From NCBI GenBank assembly GCA_002269645.1, contig NIVC01004929.1, forward strand, positions 1 through 31,112: a DNA stretch of 31,112 nucleotides, written 5' to 3'. Origin of the DNA: Macrostomum lignano. Lineage: Eukaryota. The notes under the pieces are model-generated. The model ran no database searches, was not told the origin of the DNA, and saw nothing but the letters and a program-made list of their open reading frames with translations. The position numbers and the translations under genes were made by a program. Positions 30,835 to 31,112 of the stretch are shown piece by piece. Positions within the stretch are counted from its first letter, which is position 1. Each line of letters opens with the position of its first letter.

Positions 30835-31112
30835 TTCGCTATCCCGCTTCTGGTCAAACACAGCGAATTATTCCTCAGCCGAGCCAGAGCCTGTCAAAAC
30901 TGGAAAAAGGTTCATTGCAGTTTATCAATGGCATGACAAGCTCGCAGGGTGCGTAAAACAATCAATTCGATATTTCGATGTTCGATTTACAAATACAAAT
31001 AGCCTGTAAGACCCACGCAGCTAGATTTTCCACCACAGCGGGTGACCTTCATCCATATAGCCACTCAGATGAGCTTCTCAAGTCTTCTTTGTGCAGCTGT
31101 TTCAGTCAAAGA

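Overview
Metazoan genomic DNA, not prokaryotic. It has GT-AG introns, an animal-type DEG/ENaC channel, GC3-rich exons and about one third tandem repeats (about 20 distinct mini/microsatellite arrays). The style suggests a Macrostomum-like flatworm, but that is inference only. Supportable genes: (1) a 5-exon minus-strand orphan type I membrane protein (272 aa, 6190->2959); (2) a 3-exon claudin/PMP22-superfamily tetraspan protein (240 aa, 8941-10954); (3) a 180-aa minus-strand orphan ORF (12931->12389); (4) an intronless 685-aa DEG/ENaC subunit (20043-22100) with Thr at the degenerin site and one thumb disulfide missing; (5,6) two tandem intronless secreted orphan proteins sharing an EFDI motif (27213-27701 and 28421-29109, the latter with a 1-nt frameshift). 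Mobile DNA: a 941-bp non-autonomous hAT element with 12-bp TIRs and an 8-bp TSD, holding a nested 261-bp Harbinger-like MITE, plus a probable RTE-like LINE remnant. Other oddities: an intron almost devoid of adenosines, tandem acceptors that could toggle membrane versus secreted isoforms, and a 1.46-kb AT-rich block with a single CpG. No CRISPR, rRNA or tRNA was found. I found no clearly new multi-gene system; the best leads are the channel, the secreted pair and the splicing oddities.
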